Source: Phoronis australis (lineage: Eukaryota > Animalia > Phoronida). From it: a stretch of 64,000 nt of DNA. Positions 11,335-23,300 of the stretch are shown here, one piece after another. The position numbers were made by a program, and so were the translations under genes. Position 1 is the stretch's first letter, and each line of letters starts with the position of its first letter. Below the pieces are notes generated by a model that had not been told where the DNA came from, did not search any database, and worked only from the letters and a program-made list of their open reading frames with translations. The stretch spans positions 651,612-715,611 of the forward strand of contig NMRA01000103.1 of NCBI GenBank assembly GCA_002633005.1, in the 5' to 3' direction.

Positions 11335-14300
11335 CTGCAATGGATGAAGCTGTTAAAAGAGGTGTTACATTCGATGACATTCAAATCACAGAACTGTAAG
11401 GGAATCGGAAGGTTTGGGAATATTCTCAATAATGCAAAAATTTCCCATTAATCCACTACAAAAGGGACACCGCTTTCACACATTTCAATAATATCATTAA
11501 ATTATTAATGAGCTTTTAAGGTTATGTAATATTTCATCGTCAAGTGGGTACACTTAGCCAAATATCAAAAAATAAAACTATACAATTTAACTCTGTGAAA
11601 GCATGTTTTCTGAAAGCAGGAAGTCAGTCATTAACTGGATCTTTATAGTAAAATTTAGCAAACAAGTAAAGTACATTCATAGCAAAAATGGAGCGTTAAG
11701 AGGAAATCTCAAAAATCCTATTACAGTTTCCTAGATGATGCAGTTGCATAGACAGTCCTACAAAGACCACTGAAGCAAAGACAACAAGATACTTAAAGAC
11801 TAGTGACCACCAACAGAAAACAACATTGCTGACCAAGAGCCCTGCGGATGGCTAAACCTCATCAAATTTAGACACAATATGGTGGTCGAGCGAAATTATT
11901 TTTCGATTTCATTCATGACAGATAAGTAGCACCATGCAAAGGCTTATTCAGCCTAAACTTCTATTCCATAGCTGACATTGGACAATGTAGCCTCACAGTG
12001 AAACCTTTGATTTGTTTTACGAATATAATACAGATCATAAATATTTTATCGAACGCGGAGGAACCTGGACATCTCAGGGCTTGGAATGACCATTGACAAA
12101 AAACGCGGAAACTTTTACGGCCCAAAACATGCGCGCTACCCAGCCTTGAAATAGTCGATGTGAACCTTTCGCCGACAAAAATCGGGAGGACTAGAAAAAA
12201 ACGTTACCACCATTAGTAGCATGAGTCTGCATCTTTTTATCTCGTCCGTCCACTCCCACCCCCACACATTTTTGGCTGCAAGAGCCGTAGTATTTGTCAC
12301 CGCGGTTTACAATCACACGAGACGCCATTGAAAATCCCACCACGCTATCCCAGATGCCCCGGCAGTGTTGACAATTTACGTTCCTCCGAAACATAAAGAG
12401 CAACTTCTGCTTTTCGAGGTGAACGTTGTCGGCAACCCCGCGGTAAGAAAGGAATTTGCCGCGGAAACTTTATATCAAATCTGATTTTTTTACGCGGAAA
12501 TATAATAAAATGCACGGACAGAACATTTGAAAAAAGCGGAAATCCGCGTTTCCGCGGAAAATTCCAAGCCTTGACATCTACAGGAAGGCTGAGGGATGGG
12601 TTCGGACAACTGGTACATGGTCGCCCCTTGTTGTCCTCCCAACATCCGGACATTGCCGTTTTGTCACCCACCAACCAAATATCTGTGAACTGTACTGTAT
12701 ACTCTCACCCAATAAAAAGTCGCGGAAATTTTCTTTTTTGTAATATTCTAGTATGAGTCCCAAACTGTTAATGACACTCAGAACGGAAATGCACAAGAAC
12801 AAACCAATCTTGTTGGATACAGTTTGTGCTACATCAAAAACACAGAGAGTAACTGAGCTGGAGGGATTGAAAGTTAAAAGTAAAATAAGACAGACGAAGG
12901 TTATTCGAAAGTAGAAAAAACAAAGATAAGATATCCTCAACTTCACATGAACTTCTCCCGCCATCTGCCAGTCAAACTCCCAAAAAGTCCCGTAGTTCTG
13001 ACGAAACTATCAAAGTTATGTAATTTTTGACAGAGAAATTATAAATTTCATCGTGTAATGAGATGTCCACAAGATGTGATGGCAAGTGATATTTAAACAC
13101 TTCACAGTGGTAACTTAGGAATGGCAAGTGATATTTAAACACTTCACAGTGGTAACTTAGGAATGGCAAGTGATATTTAAACACTTCACAGTGGTAACTT
13201 AGGAATGACCAGGTGGCCGGTTCCATGAAAAGTGATTAAGACTTAAGTCAGAAATTTGGTCCAGTGCTCCACACTATACAACTTCTGAAAAAAATATAAA
13301 ATCTCACTCGAGCGAAAATGGAAATTCTCTGAAAATATTACACACAACTGCCTGTTACTAAGATAAAATTTCTATAAAAAAAGTGTGATGCTGCCATGAT
13401 TATTTGGCTAAACCTTTAGTCAGCAATCGGGGAGTGCGGGATTAAGACCAAATTTCTGTCTTACAGTCTTCATGAAACAGGCCACTGGCAGCCGCCCATC
13501 ATACATACAGAACTGCACAAAACTTTACAATGTTGTAGGTTAACGGGTGTGACTCAAGCCAGTCTTCATTGGGCTGGTTAACAGATAACGATCAGTGCTA
13601 AGTATCAGACATGACACCTAACCATGCAGGCATTAGTTGAGAAAGAGAAGCAAGGAAAAGCACACAGACAGTCACTTCAACGAGAGATTAGCATACCATG
13701 GAACGCACTATCATGCTTCTGTCGTCTGAAAGCACAAACCAGTCAAACAGGTTAGTGAACAACCATAACAGCGTGTCCTGCAGAATTACATCATCAATGC
13801 ATTTGTACTTTCTATAGCATCTTCAAGACAAGTGACTTCGCAAAAATCTGCTACCAAATGCGTGTTGCTGTTTAGACGAAACTACTCACTCTGGAATTAG
13901 AATATTAGTCTCATGCATTTGTTTCATGACCAAAAGAGTTCCGATACTTCAAAAGATTTCAGTCATTTCCAGATGACAACTCAAAAGAGACAAACTCACA
14001 AAGTGCTTCAGTCATTTTCAGTAGACATTCTCAAATGCTGACCACCAGGTGGCCCAGATCAGAATGGTGAAAAAGGTTGAAACACCAGGTCAGTTCACCT
14101 CATGGTTGTGAATTGGACATTAACTTTGATTTGGGATGCTCGAAACTGATAATTCACTAGGTCACATTGGTGACTATGATCAATGGAAACAAAATTTTAG
14201 AAGAAGCTGAGCTGTGCAATCCACAACACCACCTGGTGGTGACACAGACTGTTGCCGTTAGCTTACATGCATGAGGCAGCAACAAGTGGATCATTTCACC

Positions 14301-17300
14301 ATAACAAGGACACTTTTCTTCCAAATTGAAAATAACACCCCTTTTGCTTTAAAATTTCAGACTTCTATTCTAAAATATCACTGCAAATAATAAATCAATC
14401 AGTCTAATTTAAAAGCTGTATAGCATTTGTCTTAGGAAGTAAAATGTTCCGTTAAATGAAATGGCCCAATTAGAGTATGGAATACAAATCTTACGTTAAT
14501 CTTTGAATTTACGGATGCTCTATTCATCTGAGTTAATGTTGCATGAATTGACAGACAGAGGTACAGCCCTCATCTACTGTCAGTTTGTAATGTCCGTTGC
14601 TATGTCAATTTGCACCAGTTTTGTATTAATGATAGTTGCTGAAGTTTCTTAATTTAAGAAGTTTCACTTAGTCAAAAATTTAAAACGACCAAGAAAGGCC
14701 ATGGAACAAAAACATCAATTCAAAATGCCTAAAATTTAGGTAATGTTTACATTAGGAAAATACTATTGCCTCGAATGAACAAATATGGTGAAAATTGCAC
14801 ATTTGCTATCAAGTTTTACGAACTTTAAATGCCAGACGTTTTATTCAAAATCTATACCCATCTATGCTTAGTTGCCACGCTATTTCCGTGGTAACCTCTA
14901 ACCCATGGATACTTTTCTTTTAAAAAAAGCAGACGTTAATATACTGGACAGACTTACCGTCAAAGTGTTGACTTCCTTTGACAAGGCACTGTACTGCTTC
15001 AAGGGTTCCTGTGAATAGAGCGACACCACTTTAGGCTCTACATTATAACTGTTCATAGCAACACATGAAAGCATAGAAAAAATATTGACAAATGTCATGG
15101 CACACCTCGAGTAAACTTGCAATCTCAAACTCAAATCAAGCGGTGTGACTGATTAAGTTCCTACTCTGATTTAGAGTCAAGTCTGAGCTCCAAGATTAGA
15201 CAATTTGGTTTAAAATTTAAAATTAGGCAACACACAGATGAATTGGTAATTTTACCACAAACACAACTGGTCCTGAGACTGCCAAACTTAAGTAAAAACT
15301 AGACTTGAAAATTGACCAATAGCGTGAGTTGTTACACTGACATATCATGTGAATGGTTGATTTTCAAGTCTAAGCTAAAAAAGCTTGATGGTAAAGGTCA
15401 CTGATTGAACAGTCTCTGAAATAGTGTAACTAAGACCAAGGGTTAGAAGGTATCATTTTTTCTCTCGGGTTTCGACTTCCATGATTTCAGTGAAACAATC
15501 TTGACACTGTGTATTAAACGTTTCTTCCATCAGTAGAACACTTACCTTATTTTTGCCGAGAGCCGTGTCCATCCCCCTAATCTCCCGCCTGTAGCCATCA
15601 CCGTTGGTTTTCGTGTTACCGTTACTCTCTATGACTGGAGGACACAGAAAATCGTCAGGTTCCGTGGACGATCGACCACGTTTGTTAAAAATTCCTCGCC
15701 GCTGTAAAAGAAAACACAACTAGTTACAGTAACAGAGTTTAATACCAAACAAGTGTTGCCTGATATTAAAATTTGATGATGCACAATTTCAAAGGCCTAA
15801 ATATCTGCAACTTTAAATTATGATAAAACGAATTTGTTCATATCGTGCCTTGCACTAAAGTCACCGGATGAAATAATTCTCCTCCAGCACAATGGCCATG
15901 TGCACGCAGTCAATGACCAATCTATACACACCCAATTTTCTGTTCCCAAAAAAAGAGATGCCCCTACCTAGAACACGTACCACTGACGCAATGTGTGGGC
16001 CAGGCTGTCTAATCAGCCAATAACAAAGTGAATATTTCTAATAAATCACGGTTCATTCAAAACATCTGCACAAGAGAGTGCACGTGCACATACATGTGCA
16101 CACACACAGCGGTGCTGACCTTGACTTTGGCACTGATCTGCAGTGGTTCCACCTCGCGTTTCCTACACATCACCTCATTGGACACCAACTCCACGAAATG
16201 CGTGCTCAAGTGGCGACGTAGTAGCGTCTTGTTGGCCGGTATCGACAGAATGGCAGCCAGGTTCTCCACTGAGAACCGGTCCTCTAAAATCTGCGAGAAT
16301 CAGAGACACCTGGTGTCAGGCGCAGCAAGGAGCAATAATCATACGTTAAAGTTTCTTCAACTTCAACAAAAATAATTCACAAATTTGTCTTTTTTCAAAC
16401 TTTCACTTTATTGTTAAAAATGCTCAAAGTGTCGCGATTATTTTTTTGTCGAAAATTTTGATGAAATAAAATTCTGTTCTAAACCGAAGCGGTTTTATCC
16501 TACTTTGCGAATACAAGCATTGAGAAACTTTTTCCTAAAAAAACTTTCACAGGAAACAGGCATAAAAAATTTTCAGTTGCAAACAATCTTAATGCCATGG
16601 TTCCCATTGGATAATATCCCTGAAGTTTTCCAGTCAGCTACAATTGATATTCCCACGTGTATATTCATCACCGGTAAACAGATGCCTAACCATATATTTC
16701 GATTTGACTATTGTTCCCGAGAATGCTATCAGCCAAACAGTAGCAATATTGACAGTGGCGCTGATGTCACAGGTACGCACCATGAAAGCACCGTGTATTC
16801 CACTTCCCCTTAGGTTCGGAGCATACTCTGATAAGTCTATGGTACGTAACCACTCCATCACTCGGTGATTGGTCCACAGTAGAACTTCGCTGGATGTAGG
16901 AGGCGTCAACTAAACGAAAGAAATGCCCAGATAAAAGATCCAAAACGCTTCCACTTTAGGTGAATTTTGTTTTAGACAACTTTGCACAATGGAAAAGATT
17001 TTTGAGTTTGTCAACAAGTTATCTTGCAGACAGGTCCAGCCACACAAAGTGCTTCAATACACCTTGTTCGTCAAGCACCTGCCCTAGTGAATGTCAGTTT
17101 AGATCGCAGTTTGCAGCCATACGTCCAAACATACAATTATTAACAAGACAATTGAGCGTAAACCAATTTGGGTTACAAACTCTTGATGTTATCAGCACGT
17201 TTATAATACTCCCCATAAGCTCTTCTTAACATTGATATTCTAACGGTTCAGTTTCAACCTCAAATGCTATTCACGATAATGGAAACTGTGCTCATGTCCT

Positions 17301-20300
17301 CCATCCCTCTTAACTTCCCTTACTTCAGCACAATGCTGACAGAAAGATCAACAAAAGAACAGCAGATAGCTCTTGGCTGGAACAGCTACGTGTTTAGGTA
17401 GGAAACTCCACTCGACTGCAACATTTTGGTTACAGGTGAGACCACATATCTAAATGAGAAGATGGAAGACTGACATGGCAATAGCCAGTCAGAGTTTAAC
17501 ATAATTTATGCAAAGACTGTGGCAGAGTCTGACTACTCACCTCTCCTGGTGCTGCCCTTCTTTGTAAACAACTGGGACTAAAGCTATTCTGTCTCAACAC
17601 TTGAATACCACACTTGATGCTGGCGTGATGCAAAGCACTTGTGATCTTGAGACATAAAAGGTCATCAACAGTCAGGTGATTCAACATACGGCCGTCCACG
17701 CGCGCCTCGGAGAACACGTCTTTGTACTGTGGCAGACCAATGTCATCCAGCCACCCTAAAACAGTGCAATTGATACTTTGAAGCAAAATTCAAAGGCATT
17801 TGTTAACTTAAAAAACTCCCAGAATGCAGACTTGAATGACTATGCCTCGCAATTTAAATGTCAATATACATTTTCAATGTTTAGATTAATTCTTATTGAC
17901 AAAACCAAGCAAAAACGCTGTACCTTGACAGTTTCGGCTACTCACAGCAGCCATCTTCGAAAGCTATTGGACACCAGGTGGCGAGGTGATGACACTGTTC
18001 CAAATTTTAGACAATTTATACCCCCCATCGTCTCTGTTCATAATTGAGCCACTTTCACCTAAATAGACTCTCTAATCCATCTAGATCTCAAGTTATTTTC
18101 TGACTCGACAGGAGGAGCGTCTTTCCAGTCAATTACGTGGTTAAAAGCAATAGCATTGTCCGTCACTGCAGATTTGTTGTTAGTATCTAGACGGATTAGA
18201 GACTCTATTTGAGTGAAAAAAGTGGCTCAGTTATGAACAGAGACGATGGGGGAGTATAAATTGTCTTAAAATTTGGAACAGTGTCATCACCTCGCCACCT
18301 AGTGTCCAATAGCTTCCGAAGATGGCTGCTGTGAGTAGTCGAAACTGTCAAGGTACAGTGTTTTTGCTTGGTTGTGTCGATAAGAATTAATACATGGGTT
18401 CTCTATCAACCTTATGAAATTATAAAGTGATTTTCAATGTTTGTTTGTAAGCAACCCAAGGATTTCCTGTGTATGAATTCAGTAGAATGAGGTACATAAA
18501 TTTTGCAGAAGAGTACAAGACACTGACTCAAGTTTATTTGGCAAATTGAATTTTCAGCCTGACAAGGTCAACACATCTAAAGTTCAGTTATTCAAATCTT
18601 GTTTATATGAACAATTCCTTAGAAACTGTGTTTGTGTTTTACTGATAGCTTCCAGATTCAGACGTGTAGTTAGCCAGCTGTTCACCAGGTGGCATGCAGT
18701 GGAAATAACACAGAAATAAGAGATAATACCTTTTTGAAAATGTGTAAAGTATGTTTGCTTTTTCAATAGAAAAATGCAGTAAAAAAGGTACTGAGATTCG
18801 GACAGGTGAAAAAAATATCAATATAGAACGCTCGAGTGATTTTTTTTGTAAATATTAGTACTACAGATCACGTGTTCCTCAGTCAGATGAAATTAATAGA
18901 GATTACAGACATTCCCAGATTCTCTTTATCTGAAAAAGTCATTTCATTAATGTATCTTCAGCAAAATGTTCAACTAGAAAAAGTGAAACAATTATGTCAC
19001 AACCTCGTCATGCTTTTCTCGTGAGTGGGAAGTGGAAAGGAAAGAATCTATTCTTTTCAAATAACCAGTGGTCAATACAGAACTAGGCAGCCATCACTCC
19101 TGTTAACTGCAACATCAAACAGAGTGTGGGCACAAAATGTGCGACTACCTCCTTCCCCTAACACGTGACCGACACCAGAGACAGCACTGAGTCAACAAGA
19201 AATGGGTATTTGATATTCTATTTGCTGTTCTCATTAATATTAAATTTTAAAAATTTTTGTTGACTGAAGTCCCTGTTCCCCAAAAGGTTGCAAAGAGCTT
19301 GCACCACTTACGTGTAACCCATTCGTGACTCAGCAAGCTATGTGGCTCGTGCGCATCGCTCATCACCTCCGACAGGGCGAGCTGCAGTTTTTTCCTGTGC
19401 AGCACGTTCTTAATCCCCAGCTCCTTCTCGTACTCATGTTGGCCAGCGTTGAGCAGGTGTGCGCCGTTCTTCACCCACCGTTTACAATCGCCCACGTACA
19501 TGCTGAGGCCAATCTCATGGAGCCACATGGATATCCGCTCTGTGTCCCAGCGAGCAAATGGAACGTTGAGAAGGCTGGAATGAGCAGAGTATTCAGTAAC
19601 AAAAGACATGGCAGCACATTGCAATTGGTCTATTACGGTAAAACCTCACCCATTGAGGACGAATGAAGTTCTTCGTTTTTTCCCCAAAAATACAAGAAGA
19701 ATCCAACAAAATTCTTTATTACTTTGAAGTTCTATACCTCAGTTACCATTAGACAATGTTCAAGGTCTTACCTAAGTGAAGGCTCCAATGGCATCTTTTA
19801 AAAAATTTCCAAATCAAATATAGAAAATTAACCACTTTTCAACACAGACAATTCTAGAACATTAAGGACAATTCGAGGGGCACGACTTCTGATAAAAGTC
19901 GACACTTACTCATTGACTCTGACCTCTGATGACCAGCCCAGTCTCGCCCCAGCAGTGGCACGTACGCCTCCTCTCTTGAACGGGGCTGGCTTGTCCTCCT
20001 CAGTCTCAAGATCTTGGGAACTGCTTCGGCGCATCCTGAGGTTACCAAAAGAAGCACTGTCATCAGTTTCACGTCAAACAAAATGGCGGAAAGTGTGGAC
20101 GGAGAGTATTAGGCAAAAGAAGAGATATGACAAATATGTCGTCTGCCATCTGGCTAGATGTGGATGAATGATTTCCAACAACAGTCGATAGTGCAACCGG
20201 ACTATGGCACAACACATTTCGCGAACAGGAAATGGACAACGTACAATTACTAGAACAGTTGAGAAAGAGACCGAGCCATGACACGATTTTAGCGCATCAA

Positions 20301-23300
20301 AATTTTTTACACATTTCAAAAGAAACTGGCACTTCCGACGGCACTTATAATGTACATCATCACTAAAATTGACATCTGTGTCTTGACATTTTACAGCAGG
20401 CCTCACTGGAAACTCTGCGTACTTAGAAGACAAATATCTAAAAAAACTATTAGATTTTAACTCAATCTGGAATTATAGTAAATTTTAGCAAAAAAGGTAC
20501 ATTGATAACAAAATGACGGTATCAAAAACAAAATCATTTTTTGTAAAACAAATATTTTGTTTATATTTTTTCATGAACACCCCTCTCGCAAAAGTGGAAA
20601 GTTTAAAAATAATTCCTAACAGGGTTTTGGAGACAGGCGAACAAAGCATACTAAATAAAGTTTTATCTGAATTCAATCAGTCATTTCTGATATTCTAAGG
20701 GAACAAAATGTGGGAATGTTTCACCCTTTTCTGAAATGCATTATTGTGTTAGGTCGCCAGAACTTTAATGGCTTAAGGACGTGGTCTCCGAGTCACCTCT
20801 CCTGAGGCAACGTGTTACATAATCATTCATGGGAAAACAAGAGATTTACATCTGATTACATTATCATTTTCCACCACTTTGGATAACAAACATTAATCGG
20901 ATTAACGAAATATTGATTTGACTTGATACTCTGGACAGGAATCAATATATTTGTACTACAAGGAATAACTGAACAGCGGAGGAAAACAACGGACGGAATA
21001 TTTCAAGGAGCAGAACAGCTGTAGAAACAAGAGAGCGGAAAATGTGGTAAGGCAAGGACACTGAACTTGAAGGAGACACGAAAGAAGTTCCTCGAAGCAA
21101 TATTGCTACCAGCAACCCAGCAGGGTTAAGGGGGAACGGTGTTGGTAAACAAATCCAGAAAATAATGCACGATAATTATTGTACGCAAAATAAGAACCAG
21201 CTTCCAAAAATATTCTAAAATACCTGGGTGCATCATTCTTTGAGCTGAAAATAACAATTTTGATACAGTGACAAAACTCAACTGCCAAATTCAAGTGCCT
21301 AAGTACAGAACACTAGGGCATTTTTTGAGGTAAAACACATCAAAATATAAGCGCATGAGTCTCGAGTCTGCAGCAGACTCTGTAACTATCAACACCGACA
21401 GAGTGACGAAGTACAACTTAAATACAGACAACAAAAGTCACCAAAATCTGAACTGCGCTCCAACCTCTCGAAAATTTAACGCATGTCTAAAAATGTGCAT
21501 TTCTAGCGAGATAAAACGATGACATCGTTTATATTGATTGCGACACAGACTTGGTTGAGGACAGGCATAAGGTCACAATGTAGACCACCAACATATAATA
21601 GAAATATCATGCCCAGGTTTACAAAGTGTTGCCGTAGTGACACCATCACAGGGAGTCGTACCTTCCAAAGAAGCGCTTGATTCCCTTGCTCTTTTTTTTC
21701 TCAGGCTTGACCTTTGGGTGGACGCTGTTGGGGTCTTCATCATCAGTGGTAGCGCACTCTGTCTGAGCTGGAGAGAAAGACATCACCGAGTTAGGCAGCA
21801 GAGGACAAACCTGACGAGATTTAATGGTCAGCCACACTCCAGTTTTTAACTTAAATGACTAATAAACGAAGTTACGTCTGCGCTCCTGCGCAAAGATCAA
21901 TACTGAATGATTCAGGTAATGAAATATCAAATGGCCTCAGGTGAATCGACAATTAATGCCTAAATGGCAGTTTGTGCACTGTCAATCAATAGGCACAGAA
22001 TGAACATTTGTAATAGCAGTAATTGCATGTCTTTTGGGGATTACCGAGCACTATCCTGATTTTCATGCAAACGTTACACTTTCAATAATTGTTCATCTAT
22101 ACGGGATTAACAGAGAACAAGTCTTCATTACTCTGCATTTTAACAGATATGTTGGATTTGCATCTAAGGATGTCTTGTAACACAAATTAAGAGTGAAGAA
22201 TTGAATACAAATTGCAGATTTTCCCTCACTCTCCATTCCCATTTGAGCAAAATTTCGTAACGAGGAAGGTACTTTTACAGCGTCCATTTCATAAACCGCG
22301 TATCAAATCATTAATTTGAAACCGACAACACTGAAATAAATTTACACTTCGTGATTCTTGCAATGGATTACTGATCTACATTCTAAAAGAACATGACTAT
22401 CATGAAAAAAAAAATCTTAAGACATGAATTTCAACACATTTGGCCTCGCAAACATGCCCCTGACCACATAAAAATGTAATAAGTAAAATTTTCTGGGTTC
22501 ACCTTTTTGCAAATTTCTCACACTTAATTCGTTTTGGACCCAGTCGCATAAAATTAAAAGTGCTAAAATTAAAAACAATAATAATAATGTCAAATTAATG
22601 TATCGCTGTAAATTACTAGACATGGAAAATAGTTAACCGGCTATGGACCTCGTTAATCTCAATCCTTCTGAATTCCTCAGGAACATTCAATGGGTGCAAC
22701 TGTTGTCGGCACACACCGACTAATCCAAAGACAAAATTTTGAAAATATTTCAAGTGCTAAATTGCCTCCGTGGTTACTTGTATTGGAAAGAAATTCAACA
22801 CCTCAAAAAAATGAAAATGTGACTGGGCATTTCCAAATAGTCATAATAGTGGCAGACACGTCACCACTAAACAACCAAATAACCTATACACTTATCGCAT
22901 GGAACAATGATTTCTATGACAATCCCAACGACCTTTTTAACAATCTAACAACATGTTCACATCTCATGCGCTCTACATTCACAATAGTATGTAAACACGA
23001 AGCAATCACACAGAAAAGACATTCAACATATAACGTGTTATTTCCAATAAAAGTACATCCAAACAGCACAACGGATCATTGGACATAGTCAAGCCAAGGG
23101 AACAACGGCAGTCAGTCAGTTAAGAAATATGATTCAGAGATGCGAAAACAAAACCAGATTGATACAGGACTCATGGGGTTGTGTAATGTCCCATCATTCC
23201 TGTTCACAATCTGTGTTTCTAGTTTTGGAATCGTATTTATATAGAGCTTAAGCTCAATACAAATATATCACTGTTAAATTCAGGGGCTCATTTTCGAGAC

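Larger units (their letters stand above)
17883..18429. mobile_element. Penelope-like retroelement (PLE) remnant: 5'-truncated GIY-YIG endonuclease end with inverted pLTR and tail
   Basis: About 200-bp inverted arms (17885-18086 and 18185-18391). Minus strand translates KSAVTDNAIAFNHVIDWKDA..RWIRESI*VK/SGSIMNRDDGGYKLSKIW, the C-terminal pattern of PLE endonucleases. There is a 38-bp unpaired tail and a 13-bp flanking direct repeat ATTTTCAATGTTT (17870-17882, 18430-18442). Confidence 0.85.

Noticed and set aside
12578-12964. 128-aa ORF with a CAG|ATG phase-0 acceptor as an alternative last exon
   Set aside because: There is no polypyrimidine tract and no recognisable similarity. The stronger internal acceptor near 12857 gives only LSYSLCF*, which is unsupported without transcripts.
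13079-13207. 42-bp repeat as a CRISPR array, or ORF 12972-13226 as a repeat protein
   Set aside because: Units are identical and head-to-tail with no spacers, the context is a eukaryotic intron, and the ORF is a by-product of a repeat length divisible by 3.
22417-22623. Hydrophobic ORF (LTLLLLFLILALLIL)
   Set aside because: Its acceptor is phase 0 in a phase-1 intron, and the in-phase reading stops after three codons.
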